A DNA stretch of 64,000 nt from Sphyrna mokarran. Its lineage: Eukaryota. Below, in pieces: positions 50,113 through 61,762 of this stretch. The notes beneath the pieces are model-generated. The model had not been told where the DNA came from. It made no database searches and was given only the letters and a program-made list of their open reading frames with translations. The stretch is from assembly GCA_024679065.1 (NCBI GenBank), contig JAGIQG010000012.1, positions 50,840,001-50,904,000 of the forward strand, given 5' to 3'. Each line of letters begins with the position of its first letter. Position 1 is the first letter of the stretch. Both the position numbers and the translations under genes were made by a program.

Positions 50113-50527
50113 CTGCAAATGTTCAAAACCAAACAATAATTAATCTATACATTTTGGAATTTCTAAGAAGCACACAGCAGGTTATACTAAACGTACGTAA
50201 TAAAATCGAGTATTTGTAAATACATTTGTGGTATTCAAGAAGGTGGAAAAACCACACCCCAAATGCCACAAGCACTAGTCACAATTGTGATTTCTTACCC
50301 CCATAAATAATTTAATTTTGTTTGTTCCATTATAATCATTTCTTATCCCTCTTCACTAATCTTACAGGAACACAGACATTGCCCAAGCCACTTCAGCTGA
50401 TCATTTGGAGGATTCAACAAATGGACCTTAGCAAATATTTTGTTCTTCAGAAAACTGCAGGGGGCCTCTAAGTCACTCTGCCCCAATTAAAACACCAAGA
50501 CAAGCAATGAAAGTTGAACACACTTAC

Positions 50528-50635
50528 GTCTCGGACTTCCTGAATGAAAGGATCCTTCCACTCAAATACAATAAAGAACAACTGGTCAGTTTGTTCAGAG
50601 ACAGGGCGGTGGTCATTGTATCTCACCAGAGTAGA
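50528..50635 (-). CDS. PACC1: PACC1 coding exon (STLVRYNDHRPVSEQTDQLFFIVFEWKDPFIQEVRD)
   Basis: cacag|TCT...GAC|gtaagt; 108 nt, phase 0/0; QLFFxVFEWKDPFIQ motif. Confidence 0.96.
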
Positions 50636-50976
50636 CTGTGTGAACAGCAATAAAGTCAGTCAGAATAAAAGCAAACATCAAATGAATGTTCATTCCCACA
50701 TCAATTTCAAAATGTGATCAGATTAAGACAATATAGACCTAATTGGATTTACTGGAATTTACTGGATGTCAGATGGCCTTATCAAGGTAACAAACAATTG
50801 AATCTTAAATGTTGCAATACGCCATAAAATTTACAAATCCCAACTTAGCTTGGTTGATTATGCTGTCACTTCATTGTGATTTCAAGCCCCACTCAATAAA
50901 CACTTAATCTAGGCCAATGGTTCTCAACTGGATTGGCGGGCACCTTTCCACAATGGCACAGTGGTGGGAAGGAATC

Positions 50977-51275
50977 ATGGCACAGTGGTTAACACTGCTC
51001 TTACAGGTTCAAGGTCCCAGGTTCGATTCCAGTCTCGGTACTCTGTGGAATTTTAACATTCCCTCCACATTTGTGTGGGTTCCCTCTGGGAGTTCCGGTT
51101 TTCTTCCACAGTCCAAAGATGTGCAGGTTAAGTTGATAGGCCATGCTAAATTGACACTTAGTGTTCGGGATATTAGCAAGGTAAATACATGGGGATAAGG
51201 CCTGGGTGGGATTGTGGTCAATGCAGGCTTGATGGGCCAAATGACCTCTTTCTGCACCGTATAGAGACTATGATT
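50977..51275 (+). mobile_element. Full-length HE1-like V-SINE
   Basis: A box TGGCACAGTGG, B box GGTTCGATTCC, V-domain, CR1-type tail GATGGGCCAAATGACCTCTTTCTGCAC...CTATGATT. Confidence 0.85.
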
Positions 51276-51546
51276 TTCAAACAATTAGTAATATTGGATT
51301 CAGAATCTAAACTGCAAAAGAAGTTATAATACTACATTATATTCATAATGCAAAATGTTGCAAATAAAAGATATGTTTTGACAATATTTTTAAACACAAA
51401 GATGCTTTTGGAGGACAATTCCACTGATGTAGACAGTGACGAGATAGACTGGGAAAACCAGGGATATAGTATGTGTGGTTCCACTAACACTCTACTTCAA
51501 GTCAACAGAACTGCTTTGAATATGGTTAAGCATAACCATACCTTTT

Positions 51547-51591
51547 ATGTATACCATTAATGTATACCATTAACCTTTTAATGGTATACAT
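51547..51591. repeat. Tandem plus inverted triplication of a 14-mer
   Basis: ATGTATACCATTAA at 51547-51560 and 51560-51573; CCTT loop; reverse complement at 51578-51591. Confidence 0.9.
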
Positions 51592-51759
51592 ACCGGTTTG
51601 GAGATCACCAACTATTGGCCAATCAGTAGTAATAGTTAAACCATATTTAGAGTTAAACAGATTCAAAGCAGGTGACAATTTTAATTAAGAGAAAATAGCC
51701 TTCTGTAAAAAGTTGAATTTCCTTGTTTTTAATACTACTTCAGAATAGTCATGTAACTG

Positions 51760-51802
51760 GGAATATATTTACTATACTGTGGAATATATTTACTATACTG
51801 TG
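51760..51802. repeat. 21-bp tandem duplication
   Basis: GGAATATATTTACTATACTGT x2. Confidence 0.9.
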
Positions 51803-53820
51803 CAAACGCAGCCCGCTTTCTCTGGATTATTTAACCATTCAAATAACTTAATTATTGCCTCACAGTCGCAGATTCAAGTTGGTGTTTCCATAATAACAAG
51901 AATCAAACCAACATTAAATTGACATAAATAGATGATACTGAAATACAGAGCAATCCAGGCAATCCAGGGATTTCCTCACTGCACAAGTTGAAATGTAGTG
52001 TCACAGCAACAAGCCCCCTCCACCTTCCTTCCTGCCAAAGGTAATTGCTGAAACTACAATGGTCGAGACGCCAATTGCTGTGATGAAGCCGAGTATTCAG
52101 GAGCTTTGGAAATGGTCACCTTGCTGGCTCCTGGTATGGGCGAAGTACTGTTTACAAAATGGTCAGCTTGCCCTCTATTTTCCTTCCCAAACCCACTACA
52201 TTTTTCTTTCTCTCTTACTCCCTGCAGAGTTTATTTCACAAAACCCCTGGTTAGTACGCACTTACAAAAGTCAGCAGGTCCCAGTTTGGGAACCACTGGT
52301 CTAGACTATCACTTCAGTACAGTACTGAAGTAATGAAACATTGTCAGAGGTGTGATGCTCTTCATGAGAAATCCAAAAGCAACATCCCTGTCTGCCTGTG
52401 CCTTTGGCTATGATGGATATTAAATATCCAGGCTTCCAATTGCAACATTTCTCCTTCAGGCAATACTCCTTCCTCATTTGCTGCTTCACGAATCCTGTAC
52501 TGCCACGTTTGCTTACGTAACACTTCTAAATCAATTAATGTAATTGTGGCTCACTGGGGTGTTAGCACAGTTCCAAATCACATAACTAATAAAAAGTAGA
52601 GAACTCGCAATTGAGGATCTGGGAACCAACAATGCATTGAGTCAGAGCTTGTTAAATAAATGAATGTCAAAACCGTGATGGTCCAAGGAACGCGGACACC
52701 AGAAATACAATCATTGATTTCCTCCTCCTTATTCTCGTTTACATTTTTAATCTGAGTTATTTACCTCTAGACTTGTTACTATTTTCACATGTAGTCTCTG
52801 AACTACAGATTGCACCTTGTTGTCTCACTGCCTATTTAACATCAAATCTTGGTAACTCAGTAGAATATTGAGAAATCTGAAGGCATCAAATTTGTCTCTT
52901 GCCAAAATTCTACTCTTTTACTTCCGACTCCTCCCTGGTTATGCATTTGTGTTAAATCAAATGGTATGGAACCTCACTGTACTGTGCAATCAGATTTATG
53001 CCCCATTCTGTCAGTCATTATGACAGCAAATTTCAGTTCCAAAACATTGCCCTTCCTTGTCTCCTTCCAAACCGCACCCCCCCCCACCCCCACCACTAAA
53101 ACTTTATCCTCACACTTGTTACCTCGACTCTGCTTCACAAATGCTCTTCATGCTCTTCCTGGCAGTTTCAAGTTATTGTACAAATCCTTTCTACCTCTTC
53201 TGTGCCCCAGTGCTTAACATGGATCCTCCTCAGCTTCTGGTTTCCTCTGTTTGCCTCCATCATGGCCCATGTTCTTGCCTTGATTACAGATTAGGCCCTA
53301 GTCTGGAATACCTTGTCTAAGCTGCTTTCCCTTAATATTTCCATCTCTCTCTCAAAAGACCATCTCTACATCTATTAACCATAATTTCTATTACCTCTCC
53401 TTATCCTCCCACAGCTGCTTAATCTGCTCTCTCAGCAATTATTTAATAGTCTTAGGATGTTTTGAAGTCAGAATGCAACAAAAATGCTAATTGTTTTTGA
53501 TTTAGTTTCGAACATTTTCCTTGGTTATTCTGCAGAACTTGAAAGAACAAACTCATTTTGTTAATGAGTTATCAATTACAACTTTCCTGCCTACATGATT
53601 GGTTCTGAAGTAGAAAGATGTTGGAGATGGCAATAAACTTGCCAACACCAAACTGAAAGGAGGTCAACTCCAGTTACATTTCACTGACAAAGCCAAAACA
53701 AAATCAAGCTTACATTTGTTTGATGTAGCAAAATTTTGAGCACAACAAGACAACTTGCTGTGATATCCCTACACAATACTTGCAGATTTATTCAGGCCGC
53801 AATCCTAGTGCTCTCATTAC

Positions 53821-53965
53821 CTCTTGTCTGAATTCCACCGATTCACTTCTATCTTTCTCCGTTGTTTTCACCAAAGACATCTTGACCCAAGTCCGAAAAC
53901 CCCCCGAAAAGGTCCAGATGGAATAAGAACGTTCACAGTTCTGCATGAATTGTGCTTTATCAGAA
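53821..53965 (-). CDS. PACC1: PACC1 coding exon (SDKAQFMQNCERSYSIWTFSGGFRTWVKMSLVKTTEKDRSESVEFRQE)
   Basis: ctttcag|T TCT...GAG|gtaatg; 145 nt; FSGGFRTWVKMSLVKT motif. Confidence 0.96.
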
Positions 53966-54769
53966 CTGAAAGACAAATGCCAACACAATATTCTCTGTTC
54001 ACTTTGTGGGAGTATTCTGCTTTCTTACTCTTAAACAGTACAGAACAACAGAACTCAATCTTTGCTCACTGGTGTCACAGCATAATCAGAATTTCATTTT
54101 GATGAAAGATCACAATCTAAAACAGTAACTCAAGTCTTTCTTCCATAGATAGAGTAATTACAGCCTTTTCTGTTTCAGATTTCCAGCACCTTCAGTATTT
54201 TGCTTTTGTGTTTATGCTGAGGAAGAATTTAATTTTGCCGCTTTTAAAATGTGACATTAACTTTGTAAAAATACAAGGAACCTTGTTGCTGCCAAATTGT
54301 GGTAGAAAAATTAGGTCACTAGTTAGCTGAGCTCAGCAGGAGCCACAATGTAAAACAGGAAGTCAGCTGCCTTCTGGCGCTTCACACAATGGACTTCAAT
54401 AGACAATAATTTCCTATCATCATCATAATAGGTGGTACTGAAATGTGGCATTTTCTTAAAACTACAGGTAATTTTAGCCTTTGTACAAGAAAGACTAAGA
54501 TGATGTGGTTGGGTTAGATGAAGTGCGTTTGATGAAGCATAAACACCAGCATAGGATAGTTTAGATGAATAATTTGTTTGTGTGTTGTATTTTCTGTGTA
54601 ATTCTCTTTACCCGAGTTGGTTGCCATGAGAGAAATCAATTGATTACTAAGATCTAAACTAGGGGATAGATTCAACATTTTTTAAAAGGTAAACAACACA
54701 GAGCTATTTAAGGTTACGTGCCACCTGCAGATATTGAACTGTTAAGTTTTAAAATATTCTGGAAACTTT

Positions 54770-55136
54770 TTATCCTTATATGGGATGTGGGCTTCGCTGG
54801 CAAACCTTGCATTTGTTGCCCATCCCCTGATTGTCCCTGGCTTGCTAGACCATTTCAGAGGGTGGTTAAGAGTCAATCATATTGCTGTGGGTCTGGAAGC
54901 ACAAGTCCGGATGGCAGATTTCCTTCCTTAAAAGGACATTAGTGAACTGGATAGGTTTTCATGATAAATGAAGGTAGTTTCATGGTCACCATCAGTGAGA
55001 CTAGCATTTTTTTTAAACTGCAGACGTTTCCTGATTGAATTTAAATTCCACCAGCTGCCATGGTGGCATTTGAACCCAATTTCCACAGCATTAGTCTGAG
55101 CCACTGGAATCCTAATCTAATGACATTACTACTACA
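54770..55136 (-). mobile_element. tRNA-derived SINE with a MER131/MetaSINE-like central domain
   Basis: minus strand GGGTTCAAATGCCACC (B box), CCAGTTCACTAATGTCCTTTTAAGGAAGGAAATCTGCCATCC, tail GCCAGCGAAGCCCACATCCCA resembling the tail of the LINE at 7490; family name from memory. Confidence 0.62.
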
Positions 55137-55339
55137 TTCCTATTTCCAATGATAATGTTTAGCCATTGAGGTTCTATAAATACATTCATCCACTTCAGGC
55201 AGATAGCACGATTTGATGCAGAGAGAACTCAGCCTCTTGGAAAGTGACCTTGACAATAATGGACACCAAAATATAATAATTCTTCCCACCCTCACCCAGG
55301 AGAAGTGACTCGAGATTGTATTTTACACTCATTTCTCAC

Positions 55340-55482
55340 CTCTCCTGGAACTCCTTGAATGAGGAGAATAAGAGATAGCTGATTGCACTAAAATCTTCTT
55401 CTGTTTCATTTAGATGGAACTGCAAGAACACAAGCTCTTTCTTTCTCACATCCTGTGGTCCACGGATAATGAGGGCTGATTT
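55340..55482 (-). CDS. PACC1: PACC1 coding exon (KSALIIRGPQDVRKKELVFLQFHLNETEEDFSAISYLLFSSFKEFQE-S)
   Basis: aattgtag|AAA...GAG AG|gtgaga; 143 nt, phase 0/2 fits the neighbours; not in the ORF track, translated by hand. Confidence 0.95.
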
Positions 55483-56708
55483 CTACAATTACAAACAGCA
55501 ACAGAGCTCATTGAAAACACATTTCTAAACAGCTCAGATGGATGAGAATCGGGAGGTGGGGGAGAAGCAAGGGAATAGGTTGGGAGGAAAGAAACATTTA
55601 GCCACAATCATCAGCCAATATGATGTGGGGTAGGCTTCACGGACCAAATTTTTTCTTTTTCTACACGTCAATTTTATGCATTATAAGTTTGTAATTTAAG
55701 CTACAGTAATTAAAACATGAGGAAGGACCAAACATCATTATTCATTCCTCCCAAATAAACCATCAAATGGTTACAGCACAGCAGGAGGCCATTCAGCCTG
55801 CCAACTCCATGCTGGCTCTCTGCAAGCTCTGATCTTTGGATTAGAAACCATTCTGTACAGCAGGAAGTGTTGTGAAAATAACAGATGGCAGTTGGCTTGC
55901 TCACAAATTTTAAATTTTCCCATTTATTGACAGTAGGTAAATTAGGTGGGATTACGGAGATAGAGCCTGGATGGGATTGTTGTCAGTGCAGGCTCAATGA
56001 GACAAACAGCCTCCACATGCACTGTAGGGATTCTATGATAATATATCACATTGGTCCATGAAAAGCATTAGTTGAAAATAGAGAATTGTCTTCTGCCCTG
56101 CAGTCAGTGAATGGTCATGAATCATAAACTGAATCACAATTCCAAACTTCTCCTTTCAATCACAACTCCCAACCTGCTTTCTTCAAATACAACGCTAGCT
56201 TGGCTCTTCGAACTGGAAATGATTTGAATATTTATAGAATCACACAACACAGAGGAACATTCAGCCCATGATTCATTTATTCCCATTCTCCCCACTGCCT
56301 GCATATTTCCTTGTCTATATCTAATTTTTTTGTAACAATTACTGTGAAATCTGTTTTTACACCCTTTCAATGAATTCACTAATCATTATGACTTGCTATG
56401 TAAATTTAAGAAAGTCTTCTCTCAGGTTTTTTTGACAATTATCTTACATCTATATCCTGGTTATTGATCCTCTTGCCAGCAAAAATTGTTTCTCCTTATT
56501 TACCCTACACTACACTGTATAACTTTGAACACCTCTTTCAAATCAGCAAAAAACCTCCTCTGCTTTATGGAAAGCAGTCTTAGTTCCTCCAATATCTCCA
56601 CATAATCCAAGCCCCTCATATTGTACAGCAAATTTTTGCTACGAATAATACGGCTTAGTAATTCTGTCCCTCCCTCAGCACTCTCATTCACGCTTTTGTT
56701 AAAAATAG

Positions 56709-56890
56709 ACAGTCCAAAGATTGTGGATTAGGTTGATTGGCCGTGGTAAATTGTCATTTAGTATCTCGGATGTGTAGGTTAGAGGGATTCATGGGGCAAA
56801 TGTGTGAGGTTATGGGGATCAGGCCTGGGTGGAATTGTTGTCGGTGCAATTCAATGGACCGAATGGCCTCCTTCTATGATCATGATTCTA
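56709..56890 (+). mobile_element. HE1-like SINE 3' half (another tail at ~55930-56040)
   Basis: ACAGTCCAAAGATTGTGGATTAGGTTGATTGGCC...GGCCTGGGTGGAATTGTTGTCGGTGCA...CGAATGGCCTCCTTCT; similar to 51108-51275. Confidence 0.75.
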
Positions 56891-57599
56891 AGATATCCTG
56901 TCTTGGACTCAACTGTTGCATTGCTCTCAGGACCAGCCTCCTACTTTGCAACCTCCATAAAATGTTAATCCAAAGCATTGTAGCACATATACTGACTTGC
57001 ATTAAATTCTATTCATTCATTTGCACTGACTGCGAACTACAGTGGTTTCCGGTCTGGCACTCTTCAATTTTAAAATTCTTATCCTTACTTTCAAATCATT
57101 GCGCAGTCTCATCCTATCCCATCTAATGTGACCCCTTCCAGCCCCAGAATCCTTTGAGAAATCTATTGTCCTTCAATTCTGGCCATTGCTCATCCTTGAT
57201 GTTAATCGATCCACCCACACCCACTGTTCTGGATTTCCCTCTTTAAATCTCTTCAACCTATTGTGTTTTCCTTTAAGATGTTCCTTAAAACCAACCACTC
57301 TAATCAAGCTTTTGATTACCTTAATAACTCCACATGTGGTTCAGTGTCAACATTTGTTCGATTACACTCCATGTAAGTGAAAATTGCTTATGTTCTCGTA
57401 ATTTAACTTTCTTCAACTGTCCAAAAGCCATGGCAAGCTAGCAGAGAATGGTTGAATTAGTTACCAAAATTAAAAATGTTCTAGCCCCAATCTGACATGT
57501 TAGAAAATTAGGTGACAGACCTAAAAAAATAAAGAGCTTGCAGTTAACAACTTCAGGATATCCCAAGTTGCTATAATTATTAGTTATTTTTGAAATACA

Positions 57600-57952
57600 A
57601 AAAACAAAGAACCGGACAATACAGGAATAGGCCCTTTGGCCCTCCAAGCCTGCACCAATCATGTTGTCCTATCTCCACAAATTGCTTACATCCCTCTATT
57701 CCCCACTTGTTCATGTGTCTATCCAGATAAGTCTTAAATGTGCTAACATAACTGCCTCAACCACCTCACTTGGCAGTGCACTCCAGGCCCACACCACCCT
57801 CTGTGTAAAAAAAACTTCCTCCGCACATCTCCAATGAACCTTTCCCCTCTTATTTTGAGCTTGTGTTCCCTTGTAATTGTTACTTCTGCCCTGGGAAAAA
57901 GCCTCCAACTAGTTCATTCTATCTAGACTCCTCATTATTTCATAAACTTCTA
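57600..57952 (-). mobile_element. CR1 3' fragment
   Basis: FFTQRVVWAWSALPSEVVEA; tail similar to 19834-20170. Confidence 0.85.
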
Positions 57953-57954
57953 TC

Positions 57955-58255
57955 ACAATGTTGAGAAACGTGTCAACCAATCTGCACAGAGCAAGGAGCA
58001 AAGTCTCACAAACAGCAATGAAATTAATTATCAGAACATCTGTTTCAGTGACGTTAGCCAAAGAATAAATATTAGCTAGGAAGACAACTCCCTTGCTCTT
58101 CCCAGAGTAATGCCACAAGGTGGTTTACATGCCTTGACTTAACATCTCATTTCTGTACCTCCAACAGTACCTGCACTAAAACGTTAGCCGAGATTATGTG
58201 CTCAGGTCTCTGAAGTGAGGCTTGTATCAGAGATTTATCACTGAACCAAAACTGG
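57955..58255 (-). mobile_element. Degenerate Deu-type SINE (a similar copy at ~59600-59930, + strand)
   Basis: minus strand GTGGCATTACTCTGGGAAGAGCAAGGGAGTTGTCTTCCTAGCTAATATTTATT resembles the core of 28392-29225. Confidence 0.55.
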
Positions 58256-58645
58256 TCAGAAGAGAAAGTACAAAATGCTTGAATATACAGGATGAGAGTC
58301 ACCAATCAGTCCTTCAATTCTCCTGAACCAATCTTGTGTTTTCACCAAATTAACTGTGGCTAAAGTGAGTTTTAGATATTAAATACTATATCTAGCTTAG
58401 TAACTATTTTGACTCATAATAAGAAATTTAAAATTTACTACCTGAAACTGCTGCAGGTGCTAAAAGAAATGTCATAATTGAACCATCATGTGAAAAGTCA
58501 ACAACAACCTGGCATAAAATATTCCATGTCATCTGTATGTTCCATGATTGCTTTATGACTCAATGTTGTGCAACAGATATTTACTGGTCAAATTTGAACA
58601 CTTTAATTGTAAGGTTTAAATCAGCGGGTGCTTCCTATACTTTAC

Positions 58646-58800
58646 CAGTGTTTTGTTTCTGTATGGGTCCGTGTAATTGATATGTTCATCAGTGCAGTCC
58701 ATTTCTCCTCGTTGGCCTGAATTCATCACAACCTGAACCTGGTCATGATAATGGTGCTGACAGCTCAGGAGTTCAGCTTTACCAGGAAATAGTGCTATAC
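58646..58800 (-). CDS. PACC1: PACC1 coding exon (G-IALFPGKAELLSCQHHYHDQVQVVMNSGQRGEMDCTDEHINYTDPYRNKTL)
   Basis: tttcacag|GT ATA...CTG|gtaaag; 155 nt; GIALxPGxAxLLSCxHHY and INYTDP motifs, both extracellular cysteines present; translated by hand. Confidence 0.94.
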
Positions 58801-60559
58801 CTGTGAAATGGATCGAGATACATTCAGCAAACTGCTCTTTCCAGAAGCATTCATATTTTATAGGTTTTTTTTAATCCTTTTACAAATTCCCTTTCCTTCT
58901 CCGCCCATTCTGCTACTCTGCTTGCACACAAGTTTCCACAAATGTTCATCTGATTCCCATCACCAGAGAGGCATACAAAACATCCCAGGTTCACATCACC
59001 TTTGAAATTTTCCTTCTTTCAGAGAGGAACACCGGCTCTTGACTTGAAACATCTCTCCAGAAACCAGGCAACAAGTTGGCACTCGACAAGACAGCACAGT
59101 CATTATATTATCCATAATATTATGGATATTCCGAATCTTATATGTATTCCAGCTCCCAGCCCATAAGCTGATTGGCCCCACTCAAACAAAAGATAAATAG
59201 CTTGGAAAAGGAGAAAGGGAAGTAATATTTATTTTACTAAACTTATTGTGACATATCTGAGGAACAAATGCAAGACATATGGCCGGTTCTACCATTCAAC
59301 AAGAGGGTAACTGCTCTTTTACTGAACTACACTTTCAGTCTCTCAACATGTGAAATAAGGTTTTAACTTAAACCAGATATTAAACATAATAAAGACAAAA
59401 AACAAAGATGCAATACTCAAAGATTTCTTGCAATTCACAAGAAAAGTAAAATCCATAAGCAGTACTGTTAGTAGATTTGATGGAGCCATGAGGGGAAGAC
59501 AGTGTGGGAAAAGTGTTGGAGAAGAAATATTTTGAAGATACACAGGGAATAGTGCAGAATATTTTTTAGCAAGTGAGACAAGTGATAAAGTAAAAATCCC
59601 CTTTGGAATATAATCGAGGCAGATACACTGTTGTACAGAAGGACTGCAGCTCAGGAGCTGTCTGAAGTGCTGCTTTTCCAATGAGGTGCCAAACAAGATT
59701 CTGGCTGCCAACCTAGATGGAAGTAGATGATACCCGGGAATTTTGGGGAGTAGGGACTTCTCTCCTTGTTCTGAGCCACATGATACTTCAACCAACATCC
59801 CTAAGACAAATGACACAGTCGCTCATTAAATTTGATAATTGTGGGACATTTCTGCTCTCTGGCACTACATTACAACACATTATAAATAATTCACTGATAG
59901 CACAAGGAGACAAAAAGCACTATTATATATATATATAATAAAATACAAATATATACGTGTGTTGTAATATGTGTTGAAGGGACAACAACATGACTTCACT
60001 AAAAAGGAAAGATCATGTGATCTAGTCTCAGTTTCACTTTAGCAGATGAACAGAATATAACTCTGCAGTTGATATCTTCAAGTTTTGAATCCACATATTC
60101 TTCTGTGCCTGGTCTGAATAAATGAGCCCACAGCATATTTTCTAAATCCCTTACATTTATGGAATCCTTACAGTGCAGAAGGTGGCCATTCAGCCCATTG
60201 ATACTGCATTGATTCTCTGAAAGGGTATTTTACTGCAGCATACTGATGGCACAGAAAAGCCTGGAAGACACGGTGAGATAGTGCTCAATTAAAAAGCTGG
60301 TAGGCAGTGGGATCTCTTGTGGTGTCAGTTCCAAGAGGTCCAATATGTGGTGCACTGAGAGGTCCAACATGGGATTAGCTCAGTCAGGAGGGATGAATGA
60401 CCAGGCTATGAATCAGATTGCTAGTGAATGAGGGAAAGTTAGACAAAAAAAAAAATCAAACTATCATAAAAATAAGACTGGAAAAGGTTGCAATTCGAGG
60501 TAAAAGATTTTTAATATAGGCTACATTGGAAGATCAGTTCAGAATCACATTAATCTTTT

Positions 60560-61500
60560 ATATTCCTCAACTAGAGTTCATGCCATTTCGACAACAGCCT
60601 ACAGCATCCATATCCCACTTTGTCAGCAGATACAGAGAAAAAGTACATACTGTGAATTTTCAAACACAGAGCTAGCAGACAGAATGGACACAAGGATGAA
60701 GAAATCCATTCAGGTCAACAAAGCCCACAGGTCCAAAATACAAGCTCAATTGTTAATGAATCCATTAGAATGCCCAAACCTAACAAAGCACGTGTAAGGT
60801 ATGCGCTTCTGTATACACAGGGAATGCCTAATTTTCTAGCAATTTTACAAAGCATGTGGCAGAAAGAGCCAATGGTGGTGGCAATGCACTAACAGCAAAG
60901 GCTGACACAACTACAAAGAGCCATAAATACTAATCCAAACAGACCGTACACAACAGGTGCCTTTAAACAGTAAGAATGATCATCGGGTATTTTTTCAGAA
61001 ACATACATATGAGATCAGTGACAAAGCAGAAAATGATGGCAACGTGCATGACAAAACGAACTGCAGTGAACACGTGCTTCACACTGTCAATCTCGTACAA
61101 AACAAAGGTTCCCTCTCACCGCCTGAAACATTTGCCAAGATAAAAATGATCTGTCCCAAGAATGTTGGTAACTACTCATTATTGGCCAAGGTTGACACAG
61201 CAGCAAGTGCCAATATACTTCCCTTGCAAAGTCTAAAAGACATATATCCACAGACACAGAAGGCCACGGTGAAATCTACTACGGCACAGCTTTCAGTGTA
61301 CAATAGTTCACTAATTCCATGTGCAGGAATCATAGTCCCGGAACGCAAGTGTAATCAATCCTCCCAGGTATTTTATCGTGGGGACTAAAGGTAGGTCTAC
61401 AAACATGTTGTGAGTAATATTGCCAAACCATGGAATCAGTTGGACAGCATGCAACAGATCAACTTCACAAACTACTCCTATTGCCTCAGTCCACAACATA
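60560..61500 (+). mobile_element. Gypsy-type LTR retrotransposon gag-protease remnant
   Basis: AKVDTAASANILP (aspartic protease D-T-G motif decayed to DTA), LSVYNSSLIPCAG; upstream decayed knuckle KACGRKSQWWWQC at ~60849-60887. Confidence 0.65.
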
Positions 61501-61511
61501 ACATTGAAGTG

Positions 61512-61702
61512 ATGTGGAGATGCTAGTGTTGGACTCGGGTAGGCACAATAAGTCGTCTCACAAGACCAAGTTAAAGTTCAACAGGTTTATTTGGAATCAC
61601 GAGCTTTTCGGAGGTTCACCTGATGAAGGAGCAGTGCTCCAAAAGCTCGTGGTTCCAAATAAATCTGTTGAACTTTAACCTAGTATTGTGAAAGTTCTTA
61701 TG
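61512..61702 (+). mobile_element. Short fold-back Penelope-derived element with a 13-bp TSD
   Basis: TAACATTGAAGTG (61499-61511) and TAACATTGGAGTG (61703-61715); inverted arms ~61549-61613 and ~61637-61700; same leader as 14731 and 17185. Confidence 0.88.
61617..61651 (+). ncRNA. Minimal type I hammerhead ribozyme motif (GAAA mutated to AAAA)
   Basis: CAC-CTGATGA-A-GGAGC-AGT-GCTCC-AAAA-GC-TC-GTG; stems I and II perfect; the G-to-A change is consistent with CpG decay. Confidence 0.68.
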
Positions 61703-61762
61703 TAACATTGGAGTGTCCAGAATGTTTCAAGAAAATTGACAGTTTCAAGGAAACTGCAACTT

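Noticed and set aside
50977-51040. tRNA gene
   Set aside because: A and B boxes are present but continue directly into a V-domain and CR1 tail, so this is a SINE head, and no full cloverleaf is visible.
59343-59816. 157-aa minus-strand ORF as a further PACC1 exon
   Set aside because: No TMEM206 TM1 motifs (e.g. HPVMSVSYKE), and it overlaps a decayed Deu-type SINE; the next PACC1 exon is probably beyond the window.
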